Of a stretch of 64,000 nt of DNA, positions 42,646-57,479 are shown one piece after another. The notes below the pieces were generated by a model. That model was not told the origin of the DNA, did no database searches, and saw only the letters and a program-made list of their open reading frames with translations. The stretch spans positions 744,001 to 808,000 of the forward strand of contig CM074813.1 in NCBI GenBank assembly GCA_037447605.1, written 5' to 3'. Position 1 is the first letter of the stretch. Each line of letters begins with the position of its first letter. Both the position numbers and the translations under genes were made by a program. This stretch comes from Zygnema circumcarinatum SAG 698-1b. Taxonomy: Eukaryota > Plantae > Zygnematophyceae.

Positions 42646-44848
42646 TTATATATCTGATTTGCTCCGAAGCAGCAAATTTCCGCGGACGTAAAAATAGCAG
42701 CAGGCTACGAACATGGCACACCCTAACTGACCAAAGTAGTTGGCGAAAACTAACTCCCAACCGGAGCAGGCACATAGAACGAGGGCTCTCAACGGGCCTT
42801 CCCCATGGAGAATGACATTAAACGACAACGGATTTACATATTTCAACACATGGAAATCGGCGAGAGTTGCGGATAAAGCGAGGCCCATGGAAGCTCCAAC
42901 AAGATAGAGAGTGTCGAGACTCTGAAACTCGTCAAAGAAGGTGCTGGAATAGACATTTTCCACGAAAAAAAGAATGGGTGCGGAAATTAAACCGATAAAT
43001 AAAGACGTGTTCGCCAAAAATGAAACAATAGAAAGCCCGCCTTCAGATTCTGCAAAACCACAAAGCCACACAGACTTTTACTTTATACGCCAATAACTAC
43101 ATGACATGAAACAGAGCGTTGATAACAGAATAATAGGTACTTAGTACTTAGAACTTTTTTATGAACATGAAAAAGTTTGATAGAAGTGGACTTCAGCTTT
43201 GCTATCCCCCACCTCTCCCTCTCAAATGATGTGCCCTATTGGCTTTCCATTCACCTCCCACTTTTGCCTCTCTCACCTTCGCTCAGGCTTCAACCATCTC
43301 CTCCTGCTCCCTCTTTCTTCACGTCTCCCTCGCTCCCCCCCTCCCCTCTCTCACTATCCCTCTCTCCACGTCTCCATGCCTCTCCCCTTTCCTGTGCTGT
43401 TTCACTCACTTTCTAAAACTGACATTTTCGGGTTCTCAGTTTTTGAAAAAGAAACCTTCAAAGCCCTCAAAACCGTCCGACATGTTGACGGCACGAATCC
43501 CCTTAACAGCCTGAATTACGCTCAGTCCCTCATTACACATAGCCTTCTATTAGCAATAAGTAATTCAAGAGGGGTACCTGGGGCCTTGACGAAATTCCAT
43601 GCGATGATGAGCATCGCCGACTTCGTAAGAAGGAGCCCATGTACAACCAAAAATCCAAAAACATCTCGGGTCCATACAGCCATGCTATTCAAAAATTCCC
43701 ATAAAATAAGAGGGGCGAGAGGGGCCAGAGCTTCTAGAGGCTCCGTATGATTGGCCATGAATCTGTCCCCCCACAAGACGGTAGCGATGAATACGTGAAA
43801 ATGATATAGGGCAAAGTGAATGGAGGAAGAAGGAGTGGGCAGGGTTTGATCATGGCATAACATTCCTTGAAGCCCACTTCGGAAAATAGGAATACAAAGG
43901 GAGAGGAACAGGAAAGCGTAGGGAGGTGGGGACAGACTGGAAGAGACTGGNNNNNNNNNNAGAGGGGAGAGGGTAGAGGGGAGAGGGGAGATGGGAGACA
44001 GAGAGGGGAGAGGGGAGAGGGGAGAGGGGAGAGGGGAGAGGAAGAAGGGAAAGAAAGTGAGGTGTGGCAGAATGCAGAAAGAGTAAAGGTGGAGGAAGGG
44101 ATGCAGAAAGGCAAAAGGCCGGTGAAGAGAAGAATAGCAGGAGGGAGAGGAGAGAGAGAGGGGAAGCGAGCATATGCATGCGTTACCTTAATAGAAGAAG
44201 CGTTACCAAAATGCAGTTTCCTGTTGTGTCCAACGGAGTAGTTGCCGCTATATCCGGAGCCCACATTGTCATTAGAGCGTTCAAAAGTACCAAAAGAATA
44301 TATTTCCGTAGAGTTTTTCTAGTTTTTTGAGAATGCCCAGACGAAAAAAAGTCCAGTTTTGAACCTAACATGCGTAAAGCCCCCCTGGAAATCGCCCCAA
44401 TAAAAATTTGCTGGATTGCCCATAGGAACATCGGTGGGGGGTTAATCGGAGTTTTACTGAATACGTCACTTAGCCAGCTTACGCCTCCAAGCGAACACCA
44501 TCTCCATGCAAGTACGGAGAGCGTAACATTCAACAGTCTGACAGGTGTCAGCGCGTGTTTGGCCGCCGCTATTGGGACGAGTCGCACGAGCCTTTTTCCA
44601 AAGAGCAGTTTTTTGGTGGAGTCAAATCTGAAAAAGGTCTCATTTTGTAATAGTTTTGGCTTCCAGATTTGTTCCGTCTTTGCTAATTTTGGCGGCTCTC
44701 GAACTCCGAGCTTCATGTCGACCACGCTGAGTTTGCTGCTGTTGCTGTACCTCTCGTCGTAGCTCTCCTGCTTGTCATGAAACGGATGAAATTCACCTCT
44801 CTCTAAAGCGGAAGTATCCATGGAAAGAGACGACTGTCCAGACTGCAT
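42646..44848 (-). CDS. Divergent nucleotide-sugar/triose-phosphate transporter family (DMT superfamily) membrane protein, 3 exons (~44848-44187, 43762-43578, 43049-42646)
   Basis: Phase-compatible GT-AG exons with many hydrophobic helices. LKYVNPLSFNV resembles the TSPLTFNV motif, and LSIVSFLANTSLFIGLISAPILFFVE resembles the NST/TPT helix ending in E. Confidence 0.65.
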
Positions 44849-45679
44849 TTTTCAAAACGTCCGTTTGCTTTACACCTTTTTTCTTGTCTCTGAAACGCCT
44901 GCAACGGCAGATAGATTGATTGATAGATTGTTGATATCAGGTTTTCCACCACTCTCTTCATGCGAATGGCATACATAAACAAAGGCCACGTTGAAGATTG
45001 ACACTCACACACGCAGGCATGCATGATAGGGCCAACTGCTGTTGACAATGATATATGGCTCATATGTGGGCTCATGCATGGGGGTATGCTTGACAGGCAA
45101 CACACGCATGCATGCATATGGCTGCACCTGCACAAGAAATGTGTTCAGAGATATATTCGTACCAGACATGGGTTTTATGCAGAAACTGGGCGCATGCATG
45201 CAGGCGCATGCATGCACATGCCCGTAAAGACGATGCATGCATGCATGCATGCATGCTTGATCTTGCATGTCCTCGCATGCGGCACATTCACAAGTCAGGA
45301 AATGAATTTACTTGTTTAAACACAATGGAAACAAGGGCACTCTGTTCCTCTCCTTGCCTTCCACTTGTCACGTCGCGCTCACAACTCAAGCTCCAGAAAA
45401 CTGCTGCTGACGCGACACGTGCATGGATATATGCATGTGCGGACCCGTCATGCATGCATGCATGCATGGATGTGTCCCGAGGTGCTCATTGAAACAAAAC
45501 AAAACACGCGTACGCGCACAAGAAGAGCCATTGGAGAGTCCACCTTTCTGTGGCTATCGCTCCGTTTTAGGGTTTCCACCGCCGCCGCGCCCGCGGGGTG
45601 ACCATCAGAGGGGGACAGGTGGCAGGGAGAAGGGCTCCTCTAGAAAAACGCAATGCCGGGGAGGGAGAGTGGCTGTCTC

Positions 45680-46045
45680 TCTTCTCTCACTCCCTCCCTC
45701 TCTCTCTCCCTCTCCCTCGCCCACTCCCTCTTCCTCTTCCTCTCCCTCTCCCTCCCTCTCCCTCTCCCTCCCTCTCCCTCTCCTCTCCCTCTCCCTCTCC
45801 TCTCCCTCTCCCTCCCTCTCCCTCTCCCTCCCTCTCCCTCTCCCTCCCTCTCCCTCTCCCTCTCCCTCCCTCTCCCTCCCTCTCCCTCTCCCTCCCTCTC
45901 CCTCTCCCTCTCCTTCTACCTGACCCTCTCCCTCTCCCTCGCCCACTCCCTCTTCCTCTTCCTCTCCCTCTCCCTCTCCCTCTCCCTCTCCCTCTCCCTC
46001 TCCCTCTCCCTCTCCCTCTCCCTCTCCCTCTCCCTCCCTCTCTCT
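45680..46045. repeat. (CTCTCC)n polypyrimidine tract
   Basis: Directly visible. Confidence 0.9.
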
Positions 46046-47629
46046 TCTTCCCCCCGTCACTCCCTTCCCAGCGTCGTCCCCACGTTCCCCAACCAACCGC
46101 CACAGCCGCATGGGCCCCTCCAGCGGCCTCACATTGATAATATTTCTCCATGGCCCCACATTTCAAGAATTCCCCCTCTCCTCCCTCCTCCGCCTCACAG
46201 CGGAATATTCCTGCGCGCGTGCAGGGCCGTACGGACGGAGGGCGCCATGGCGGGCCGGGCCTGAGGAGGGGCGGAGAGGGAGGGAGGAAGGGCGGGCGGG
46301 CGAGTGCGCATATTCGGCGCCCGCCAATATGCGCATAATTACTGCTGCAAGGGCCGGCGGGGGTTAGGGCTAAGGGCCAAACAGGGAAGGGAAGGGGGAG
46401 TTGGGGGGAGTTTTAGGGCTAAAATTAGGGTTGCGGTTGGCGGGCTGCCCGAAAAAAGTCATGTTGTTTTTTAGAGAAAGAAATGGGAAAAAAAAGGTTA
46501 TTGTTACTTATAGCTCCGTATTATACACTTTGAGGTGGGCTGCTTCTAGTGCCGTGTTGTTGCGCCTAGAAGTTGATTTCCGTTTCAAGGCTTTCTCTTG
46601 GTCCTTATGTCCGTTGTGACCGCTTCTTTTGGTTCCTTATGTTGATTTTCTCCATGTACATTTGATGGCTTTGCCATCGTGAGTTCAATCAAACATCATT
46701 TCTCCTTTGAGGCTCGATACAATGTATAATACAGTATTAATACTGTATTATACACTGTATAATACCTTAACGCAACTGTTAACAGCCGTACAATCGAAAC
46801 ATAGATACGTACGGAAATTATGTACGGAAGGGGTGTACCAACATGTACGGACCAAGTCACACGTGTTGAGTGTTGGCAAGTGACGTGACTTGGCAAGTGC
46901 TGGAATTTCAATATTATAATCAATCTTTGTTCAACTAAGCACGAAATAAAAAAAATACGTTAAATACATTAAAAATACACTGTATTTTTAAATGTTGTAT
47001 AATACGCATGTATTATACAGAAGAAATGATGTATTATACAGTGTATTAATACACGCGTTTGATACATACGGAGCTTTATTGTTACTCCATAATAATGTCG
47101 ACATTCATAGTCCGAATGGAAAATTTGTCAGAATTAAAATATGTTTCGGACGGTCGCTGGATAAAAGATTCCGTCCGAATTTTTTTCGGACATTTTTTTT
47201 GGCCGTGTCAGTGAAGCTTCACGGACTTGCCTGGCGCCGTACACTTTTCTGTGGCTACAGTACTGTACAGTACAGTACTCGATTCGGTACAGGTGCATTT
47301 TTGTCGCACGTGGCACCACTCCCTGATTGGTCGTCGAGCGGTCCCGGCCCTCTGATTGGCCGAACCACCGGCTGGGCTGTGCGCGTAGGTGCGGGGGCGC
47401 TCGCCGAGCGGGGCAAAGGCACGTGGCCACCACGTGTTGGCTGTCTGCCGTGGCGCCCTGCGGCCAAGTGGCGCCCTCGTGCTTCTGGATTGGACCACGT
47501 GGCGGTAAGTGCACGAGGCGCTTCTCGTGGTTTCTTTCCATTGGATTGCGGTGCTCTTTTTTTGAGATAATTCTGAAAGAGATGTAGAGCCACCGCTGAA
47601 TTTTTAGACAAACAAAAGTGCATGTTACG

Positions 47630-48062
47630 GGCGGGAGGGAGGGGAGGGGGGAGGGGGAGGGGAGGGAGGGAGGGAGGGAGGGAGGGAGGGAGGGGAGGGG
47701 GAGGGGAGGGAGGGAGGGAGGGAGGGAGGGAGGGAGGGAGGGAGGAGGGAGGGAGGAGGGAGGGAGGGAGGGAGGGAGGGAGGGGAGGGGGAGGGGAGGG
47801 AGGGGAGGGGGAGGGGAGGGGAGGGGGAGGGGAGGGAGGGAGGAGGGAGGGAGGGAGGGAGGGAGGGAGGGAGGGAGGGAGAGGGAGGGAGGGAGGGAGG
47901 GAGGAGGGAGGGAGGGAGGGGAGGGGGAGGGGAGGGAGGGAGGGAGGGAGGGAGGGAGGGAGGGAGGGAGGGAGGGAGGGAGGGAGGGAGGGGAGGGGGA
48001 GGGGAGGGGAGGGGGGAGGGGGAGGGGGAGGAGGGAGGGAGGGAGGGAGGGAGAGGGAGGGA
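47630..48062. repeat. (GGGA)n/(GGGGA)n polypurine tract
   Basis: Directly visible, ~430 bp almost entirely G/A. Confidence 0.9.
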
Positions 48063-49056
48063 AAGAGCGCATCGCATTAGGATATCATCCGCCTTTGTAA
48101 ACGAAGTCTAGAAAAAAAAAAAAAAGAGATGAAACCGACAAGGATTTTATTTCGGACAAAATTAGTAAGAAATCCTTACAATCTCTGCACGGGTAAAAAC
48201 CAAGTTTTCTAACCAAGTTGTCAACCAAACCAAACCAACTAACTAAACCAAGTTGCACTAGAGAGCCGGATCGCCAGAACTTGCAAACGAAAGACTAGAA
48301 TAAGCTGAACGATGGTTGAACGGTTTTCGTTTTTAATCTCTCTCGTCCTCGATCTCCCTCTCCCTCTCCCTCTCCCTCGTCGCTTCACCCCCCTCCCTCC
48401 CTCCGTCTCCACTCCTCTCCCTCCTCCGTCCTCCCTCCCTCCCTGTCTGTTACTCCAGTACTGACCCAGCACTAATTTTTTCTATGGTTTGAGCGTTCAT
48501 GCTTTCTACCATTTCCAGCACCTTGCTAACGAAATTGGGGTGTTCACAAAAAGGTCCCTTCATTAGCAAACTTTCAGAAAAAAAAAAAAGGAAGGGCGCT
48601 TGAGATGGGAGATTCTCCCCAGCACATAATGGCAGTGTTCCGAGGAAACCAAGTTTTGGGGTCTTTCGAGTGTGCCATTTACTTAGAGCCTCAACGGATT
48701 TGAGTCAAACCTCGTTTGATTTTGATCCCTGCGAACTCCGCCCACCCTCCCCCCCACACCAAAAAGGAGGATGTTTCATTCAAAAGTCTCTCTCATTCTC
48801 CCCCTCCCTCTTCACTTCACCCCCTCCCTCGCCACTGCCCCCATTCCCTCCTCCCTCCCTCTCCCTTCCTCTACTCCTCCCCATCCCACTTTACTTCACC
48901 CCCTCCGTCGCCACTCCCCCCATTCCCTCCTCCCTCCCTCTCCCTTCCTCTCCTTCTCCCCCCCTTCCCCACTCCATCAAAAGTCAAACCCCAACAACTT
49001 CACCTCCTTCCTCCTCCCTCTCCCCATACGATGTGTTCATTCTGCACATAGAACAG

Positions 49057-51159
<2,103 letters not shown>

Positions 51160-52040
51160 GGCTCAGGGGGAGCCCTAAGGGCAGGGAACAGGGAAGCCCT
51201 GAAGGGCCCAATCCGTAAATGCATTTGAAAAATAAATAATTATTAAACTTGGTTCAACCGGTTGAAGCGCCAACGGGCGTTGCAAACCGAGGCGGGGAAG
51301 TTTGCAACTTCCGAACTTGAGTTTTCCAACTTCGGCGCTGCGGCGTGTCCGGATGCGACGTCGGCGTGTTGGATGCCACGTCGGCGTGTTAGGATGCCAC
51401 GTTGGCGTCTCGAATGCCACGTGGTGTGTTCAGATGTCAGGTCGGCGTCTTCGGATAAAACGCGCAGTACAAAGTGAGATCACATCATCCAATCGCGCGT
51501 TGCCACGTGACATCCATGGATAAATCATGACGCCACGTGTGAATATGGTGCCACGTCGGTGCCAGCCCTCTCCGCGCAGCGACTTGGCGGCAGTGGCGGC
51601 CAAGTTCGTCTTAGGCCACAATTTGGGAAATGTTGCATGTTGCACATGTGCGGCACAAGGGTCATAATGGCTCATAGAATACAACATGGTCAAAATATAG
51701 AATTACAAAACACCAACACTCACATCGATTGTGCATCCTCTCACTGCCCTTTATATGTACGATACTAGAACCCTTTGTCGCGGCACACCCCTCTTGCATG
51801 CATGCATGCATGCTATTGGAGCGCTATACTTGCCCCAAAGGCTATGCACGGTAGATTCTAAGGTCATGACCCCCTCAAGCCTTACACGCCACGCCGTACA
51901 GCCATTGAGTGGAACCCGACCCCCCAAGCGTATTTCAAGCCAGATAAACAAACATCCAAACAGCATCAAACGAAGCGAAAAACGGTGCAACGGGAAGAAA
52001 GCAAAACAAACACTCCAGAGCAATTTCGCGGGCAAAGGGC

Positions 52041-53627
52041 TCAACGTGGCGGGGGGGGGCCTTGGCGAGGGGGGGGAGGGGCTCGACGAGGGGGAGGAGG
52101 AGGCTCGGGTCGAGGGGGAGGAGGAGGCCGTCTGAGTGGAGGAGGAGGCCGTCTGAGTGGAGGAGGAGGCCGTCTGAGTGGAGGAGGAGGCCGTCTGAGT
52201 GGAGGAGGAGGCCGTCTGAGTGGAGGAGGAGGCCTTCTTAATGGAGGAGGAGGAGGCCTTCTTAATGGAGGAGGAGGCCTTCTTAGCAGTGGGGGAGGCG
52301 ATTTCAAAACAGCAGGAGGGGCCATCTTCCCATCTGCAATTAGAAACAGAACAAAATCATAAAAACAAAACCTCGCTTACCAAAGTGACCCAGAGGAAGT
52401 GAAAGGTAGAGCGAAAACCACCGGTGAAGTGAGAGGTCAAGCAGGAGAGGGTGCGAAGGAGGAGGAGGAGAGAGAGCCGTACAGCGCGGGCACTTTTTGG
52501 TGTACCAAAACTGCGAGTAGGAGGGGTCCGGGCGGCGCGTCTTGTAGTTGGGCGCGGCCGCGAGGCAGAGGCACGTGCTGTCGGAGTACAGGACAAAGCC
52601 GAAGTAGTCCGCGAGGCTACAGCAGTCGTAGCAGCGGGGGGCGGGGCCGTAGCAGGTCTCGTAGCCGCTGCCGCCCAGGTCGAAGTCGTCGAAGGTCACC
52701 CCCTCGAAGTAGAAGAACCCCGAGGGGTCGGTGCTGTTTGGGGCCACCGCACAGGCTGCGTGCGGCACAACACAAGGCAACGCTTTAGTTTTTGCATGCA
52801 ATAAATTGGAGAGATCAATTGAAAAAGCAAATGCAAAAGGGTTCAAAAACCTAACAAGATAATATGGGGTTTGTATAATATATGAGTTTTTTCTTAAATG
52901 AGGGTTTTGGGTCGTCGTTACATTGGAGAAGGGGACATTTTTTTGTGTACCAATCCTCCGTCTCCTCAAAACGGGGCGAGGAGTAGTCCGGATTGGACTC
53001 GAGGCATTTGCAGTCCCATGTGCCCGTATCGTAGTCTGTCACCTTTACGAAGCCGTACGTTGTGGCCCTAACGCCGCACTTCGTCGCACACATCGTTTCG
53101 GACACATCGGACGCGTACGTCGCCACCTTCCTCGACCTCGCCGGAAATCGGTAGAACCGGAAAAAGAAGAAGCCTTCGGGGTGGGTGCTGTTAGCGGCGT
53201 ACGGGCACACTACAACGGAGCAGGGCACAAGGAAATCGGTTAGGGTTTGAGGCGATAGGGGCACAGCTTAAAATGACTTGTATGTACCTCCCTTTGCCTC
53301 TCCAACCCCCTCTCCCTCTCCCTCTCTCTTTCCATCCCCATCTTCCACTCCGTCCTCCCTCTCCCTCTCCCTCTCCCTCTCCCTCNNNNNNNNNNCCTCT
53401 CCCTCTCCCTCTCCCTCTCCCTCTCCCTCTTCCTCTCCTTCTCCCTCTCCCTCTCCCTCATCCCGCTCCCAACTCTCCTTCTGTTTCCCTCTCTCACCTT
53501 CACTCGCCCCTGACGCCACGTCCGCCATGGCCACCAGGAGGAAAAACGAAACCCAGAAGAAAGACCTCTCCGAAACAAGCCCTCTATTGAAAATGCCACG
53601 TGGCGCCCTCTGAAGCGCCATGGCCAT
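52041..53627 (-). CDS. Secreted protein: signal peptide, two homologous Cys-rich domains, (LRRPPPP)n extensin-like tail; exons 53627-53498, 53209-52922, 52755-52483, 52333-52041
   Basis: Hydrophobic FFWVSFFLLVAMADVASG. Domains CPYAANSTHPEGFFFF..YGFV..CKCLESNPDY..WYTKKCP and CAVAPNSTDPSGFFYF..FGFV..CLCLAAAPNY..WYTKKCP. All introns are phase 1 GT-AG. Confidence 0.82.
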
Positions 53628-55227
53628 GGCTCCCTCACCCGCGCCCTCTCACCGCCGTCTTCTCGAATGCTTCGAAAGGTCCTATCTAACAGCGGGCATG
53701 TGTCCGTACATGTACGAATTACAATCCATCCTTTGTCGTTTAGTGTAGTGTATCATGCGTTGTGCCGCTAGTCTTGCTAGGGTACAAGTACGGCCCCTAA
53801 CGACACGTCGGAAACTTGGAGAGTCAGCAAGGCACGCCAGCCAACCAAGGGTTGTTCGTGGCCGGCATATTTGTCGCTTTAGTGAAGTATCGAGATAGCT
53901 GACGATATATTTATTGACCATGCGCAACAAGACTTGTCGTTTAGTGGCCTCCACCGTACCCTGCCGTGCGCGACAACCGGGTCGTACACAGCCGAGCTTG
54001 CTGCGCCAGCTCGCTTTGTCCGATTTGGTGAAGTACGGCGGCAATCTGACAATACCGTACGCTTTTTCCTCGAGGACAAGCTCCCATAGTATCGTACTGT
54101 ACCAGTCCTCACGGTTGTTGGCCCCTGATTGGCTGCAGGACCACTGCTGACGCTCCGCCGAGTTTTTGTCGTGGCACTAATGCGATTTTTCTTGTTGTCA
54201 GTTTCCTCATATTATTAGGCGGGCGGTATGATGTTAGAGTCCGCCCCGATCGACTGTGCTGACGAGCCATCAGTTGTCGGTGGCTCCTGATTGTTCGCAG
54301 CATTTTCAGATGACGTCATCAACGTGCGCATTGTATTTCATCGACGTGCCGTTTAGAGATCCAAAAGTTAACCGCACACCTCATGGAGTTTAAGATAACG
54401 ACAAAACCGCCCTTGCTGAGTTTACTACAGTAGTTTGCTAAACTTCCCAAACCGTACGCCATGACGTAATCTACGTCATAAGCTGACGTCATCATAAACA
54501 ACCCGCATACGTCATCTGTTGGAAACCGAGATTTTCAGTTTGCCACCGACATTTGTACCCCAACGGATGAGCCGTGGCAGGAAAATTTGATTTGGTTGAA
54601 TTGCGTTGACCCTGTTCCAAGGATCCATGACACAGTTCCAGCACCGCGCAACGGAACTGCCCCCCCTTTTCATGGACAATGAAGGGTTTGCACAAGCACC
54701 GTCCCCTGCAACTCGTTGCTCCCTGCCGGTCGGAGCTCATACAACTGTCTCTTGCACAAGCATTGGCTGCTGAAGAGGGAGAGAGCATGGCAGAGGCGGG
54801 CGCTGACTGCACGCCGCGGGCTTTAATAAGAGTAAAAAGAGACTGTACAGCCTTCTCATAATTCCTCTCATTACGGATCGTAATAACCTCGCTCTTTCTC
54901 TCTCTCTCTCTCGCACTCACACACACTCGCTCACTCCCGTCACAGTCGCTATGCTCGCTTGGGCTCGCTCTCTTCTCCTTTCCTCGCCCTCTCTCTCTCT
55001 CTCTCCCTCTCGCTTTCTCTCTCTCTCTCTCCCTCTCGCTTTCTCTCTCTCTCTCTCCCCCCCGCTCTCACTCTCCTCCTAAGCAAGATGAAGCGGCTGT
55101 TTAGCCACTCGTCCTCACTGAAGTCGAGGGCGCCGGTTGGCCCCAACGACTACGTGCATTTGACAGCCGCGAAGCTCGCAGCCGTCATCTCCAATAAGGA
55201 CCCCAAGGAGCAAAGGTCCTTCTCCCA

Positions 55228-55279
<52 letters not shown>

Positions 55280-57479
55280 CTCTTTCTCTCTCGCTCTCTC
55301 CTTCGCCCCCAATGCTAAGTACACATGAACCCCTTTTCCATAAAATGCCGTGAAGTAAGTATATCAATAGATGGTTATTCCCCACAGTTGCTAAAGCTTC
55401 TTCCGCCTTTTTCCAAACGCTTGTAGCTTGCATTGTGGGAAAGCCACTTTATTCAAAATCCCTAAAAATATAAAATACACAATATAAACTATACAACCAT
55501 GACAAGTTGAAAACTGGTTTTCTCTCGACAAGCCTTTCTTAGTTCGCAATTTGTTTATTGAGCAAGGGGGCAACTAAAGAGCGATCCCCTTAGCTGTTTG
55601 CAAAAATACACTCAATCTATACCCGAAAAAAAAAGAGAGAGAGAGAGAGAAAGCAACCCTAAATAAAGGTGCAATTGAATGCTTGATTGGATGACGACAA
55701 TTATCCTCGCCCATATATGCTTCCTCTGTTGAACCCTTAACTAGCATGGGGAACCGAAAGCAGGGCAGTTCAATGGTATACTTCCACGTGGCAACTTGAC
55801 CCAAAAGATTAGGTGAGGCAATATCGTATGGATTGCACCGTGATGTGATGTATTATTGTATAGTGACATATTATCGTATAGCGATGTATAGGCTGATCTT
55901 GTATGCAAAGTGTAAGGATTGTTTGTTGGTCGGTTTGTATTAATAGTAACCTGTAATTGTACAAATAATTGGTAGTTTCTAAAAGGGGACCCGTAGGTCC
56001 AAAGAGCGTTACCGACCATATTAAAATGGTCCAAAAAAAAAACAAACATTTTTCAATTCTCAAACATTCCTTACTTTCTCGCAGTGCTGAAAGTGGCCAG
56101 AGGCCTTAAACTGAAACTTTATATAGTAATGACGAGCGTGCGGGAAATCGCGGCATGTCACTTGTCTGTTTCACCCTCCCATGCAAGATTAGCTCTCTCT
56201 ATCCCTCTTTTCTTTCTCTCTCTTTGTCTAAAATGCTGTATCTTTGCACTTTTTTTGTATGACTTGAATCTATGCAAAATCTACAACCTTGAAAGAAGCC
56301 AAGGCCCCACTCACTGGTCCTTTCTCTCAATATGATGATGTCCTCGTTGTCATCGTCTACTCTTTCTTTTGCCTCTATGACTTCCACTCTCTCTGTAGTG
56401 TCCTTTTTATCGTAAGATTTGTAAGGAGGATGACGCAATTGTCATCGCTTTCTTCAGTGTTCTTTCTCTCGCGCTCATCTTTGTTCTCTCTTTTTGCAAC
56501 TATTTTCTCTTTCAAGTCTTCACTGTTGTTGTTGCTACTGGTGAGACGTGGTGTCTTCTTGCTTCCATATAACTCTTCTTCTCAAACCCTTTTCGTTCCT
56601 AAAGCTCCCGGTGTCTTCTTCCCCTACTCCTCATTGCTCTTGCTGTTATTGTTGAGGCGTGGTGTCTTCTTGCTTCTACAATAATCCTCTTTTCGAACCT
56701 TTTTATTTCCCATGGATCCCTTCGTTAATTGTTTCTCCATGTCCCTCACTCGCAGGACCTTTACTCTAAAAGCAAAGCTTTTGCAGCTGCCGATGAGAGG
56801 TCCCTTACTGTGAAAGCACAACTTTTGCAGCTGCTAATGAGAGAACCCCCCCGCCATATAGAGTCCCAAAGACCAGATTGCAGTGGGAACGACTCTGTAT
56901 AAAAAACAATTCTATCATTCTCCAAACCACTTCTCGAACGCCACATGTCTGGACACGATGACGGTTCAACCGGTAGAACTGTGCTTTTGGAGAGGCCAAA
57001 CGCAGCACGTGGCGTGCTTTTGAAAGCGCCAGAGTGCACTGACACAATAACGACCTTTTCTTAGAAATTTCATTCTACGCGACGACGTTTTCTGGTTGAT
57101 GGGGGCGTACGTATGGGCTTGATCGACAATATTAGAGATCGGACAACTGAAATAACGCTAGTGGCCACAAATTTGGTCGACGAGTCATCCGGGCTATCTG
57201 TGTAGTAAGACTATCTGTGTAGTCAGACAGATCTTGTCACAGGTGGAGCTTAAAAAGGAAGCCGAGCCTTAACTATCACCAAAAATGACACATTTAAATT
57301 ATTCAATGCCAAAATTTGGCATTTTCTAGCCTTTCTTTACATTCTTCCTCCTCTCACCCAAGAGTTGAGCCAACAACCATGCAGAATACTTTCGAACGTT
57401 GGCCTCTCCTCCTTGGTCGACAATATTTGAAAAATTAAATCCTTTGCATGGTTTAACACCTTTTCCCACTGCGGCTCGT

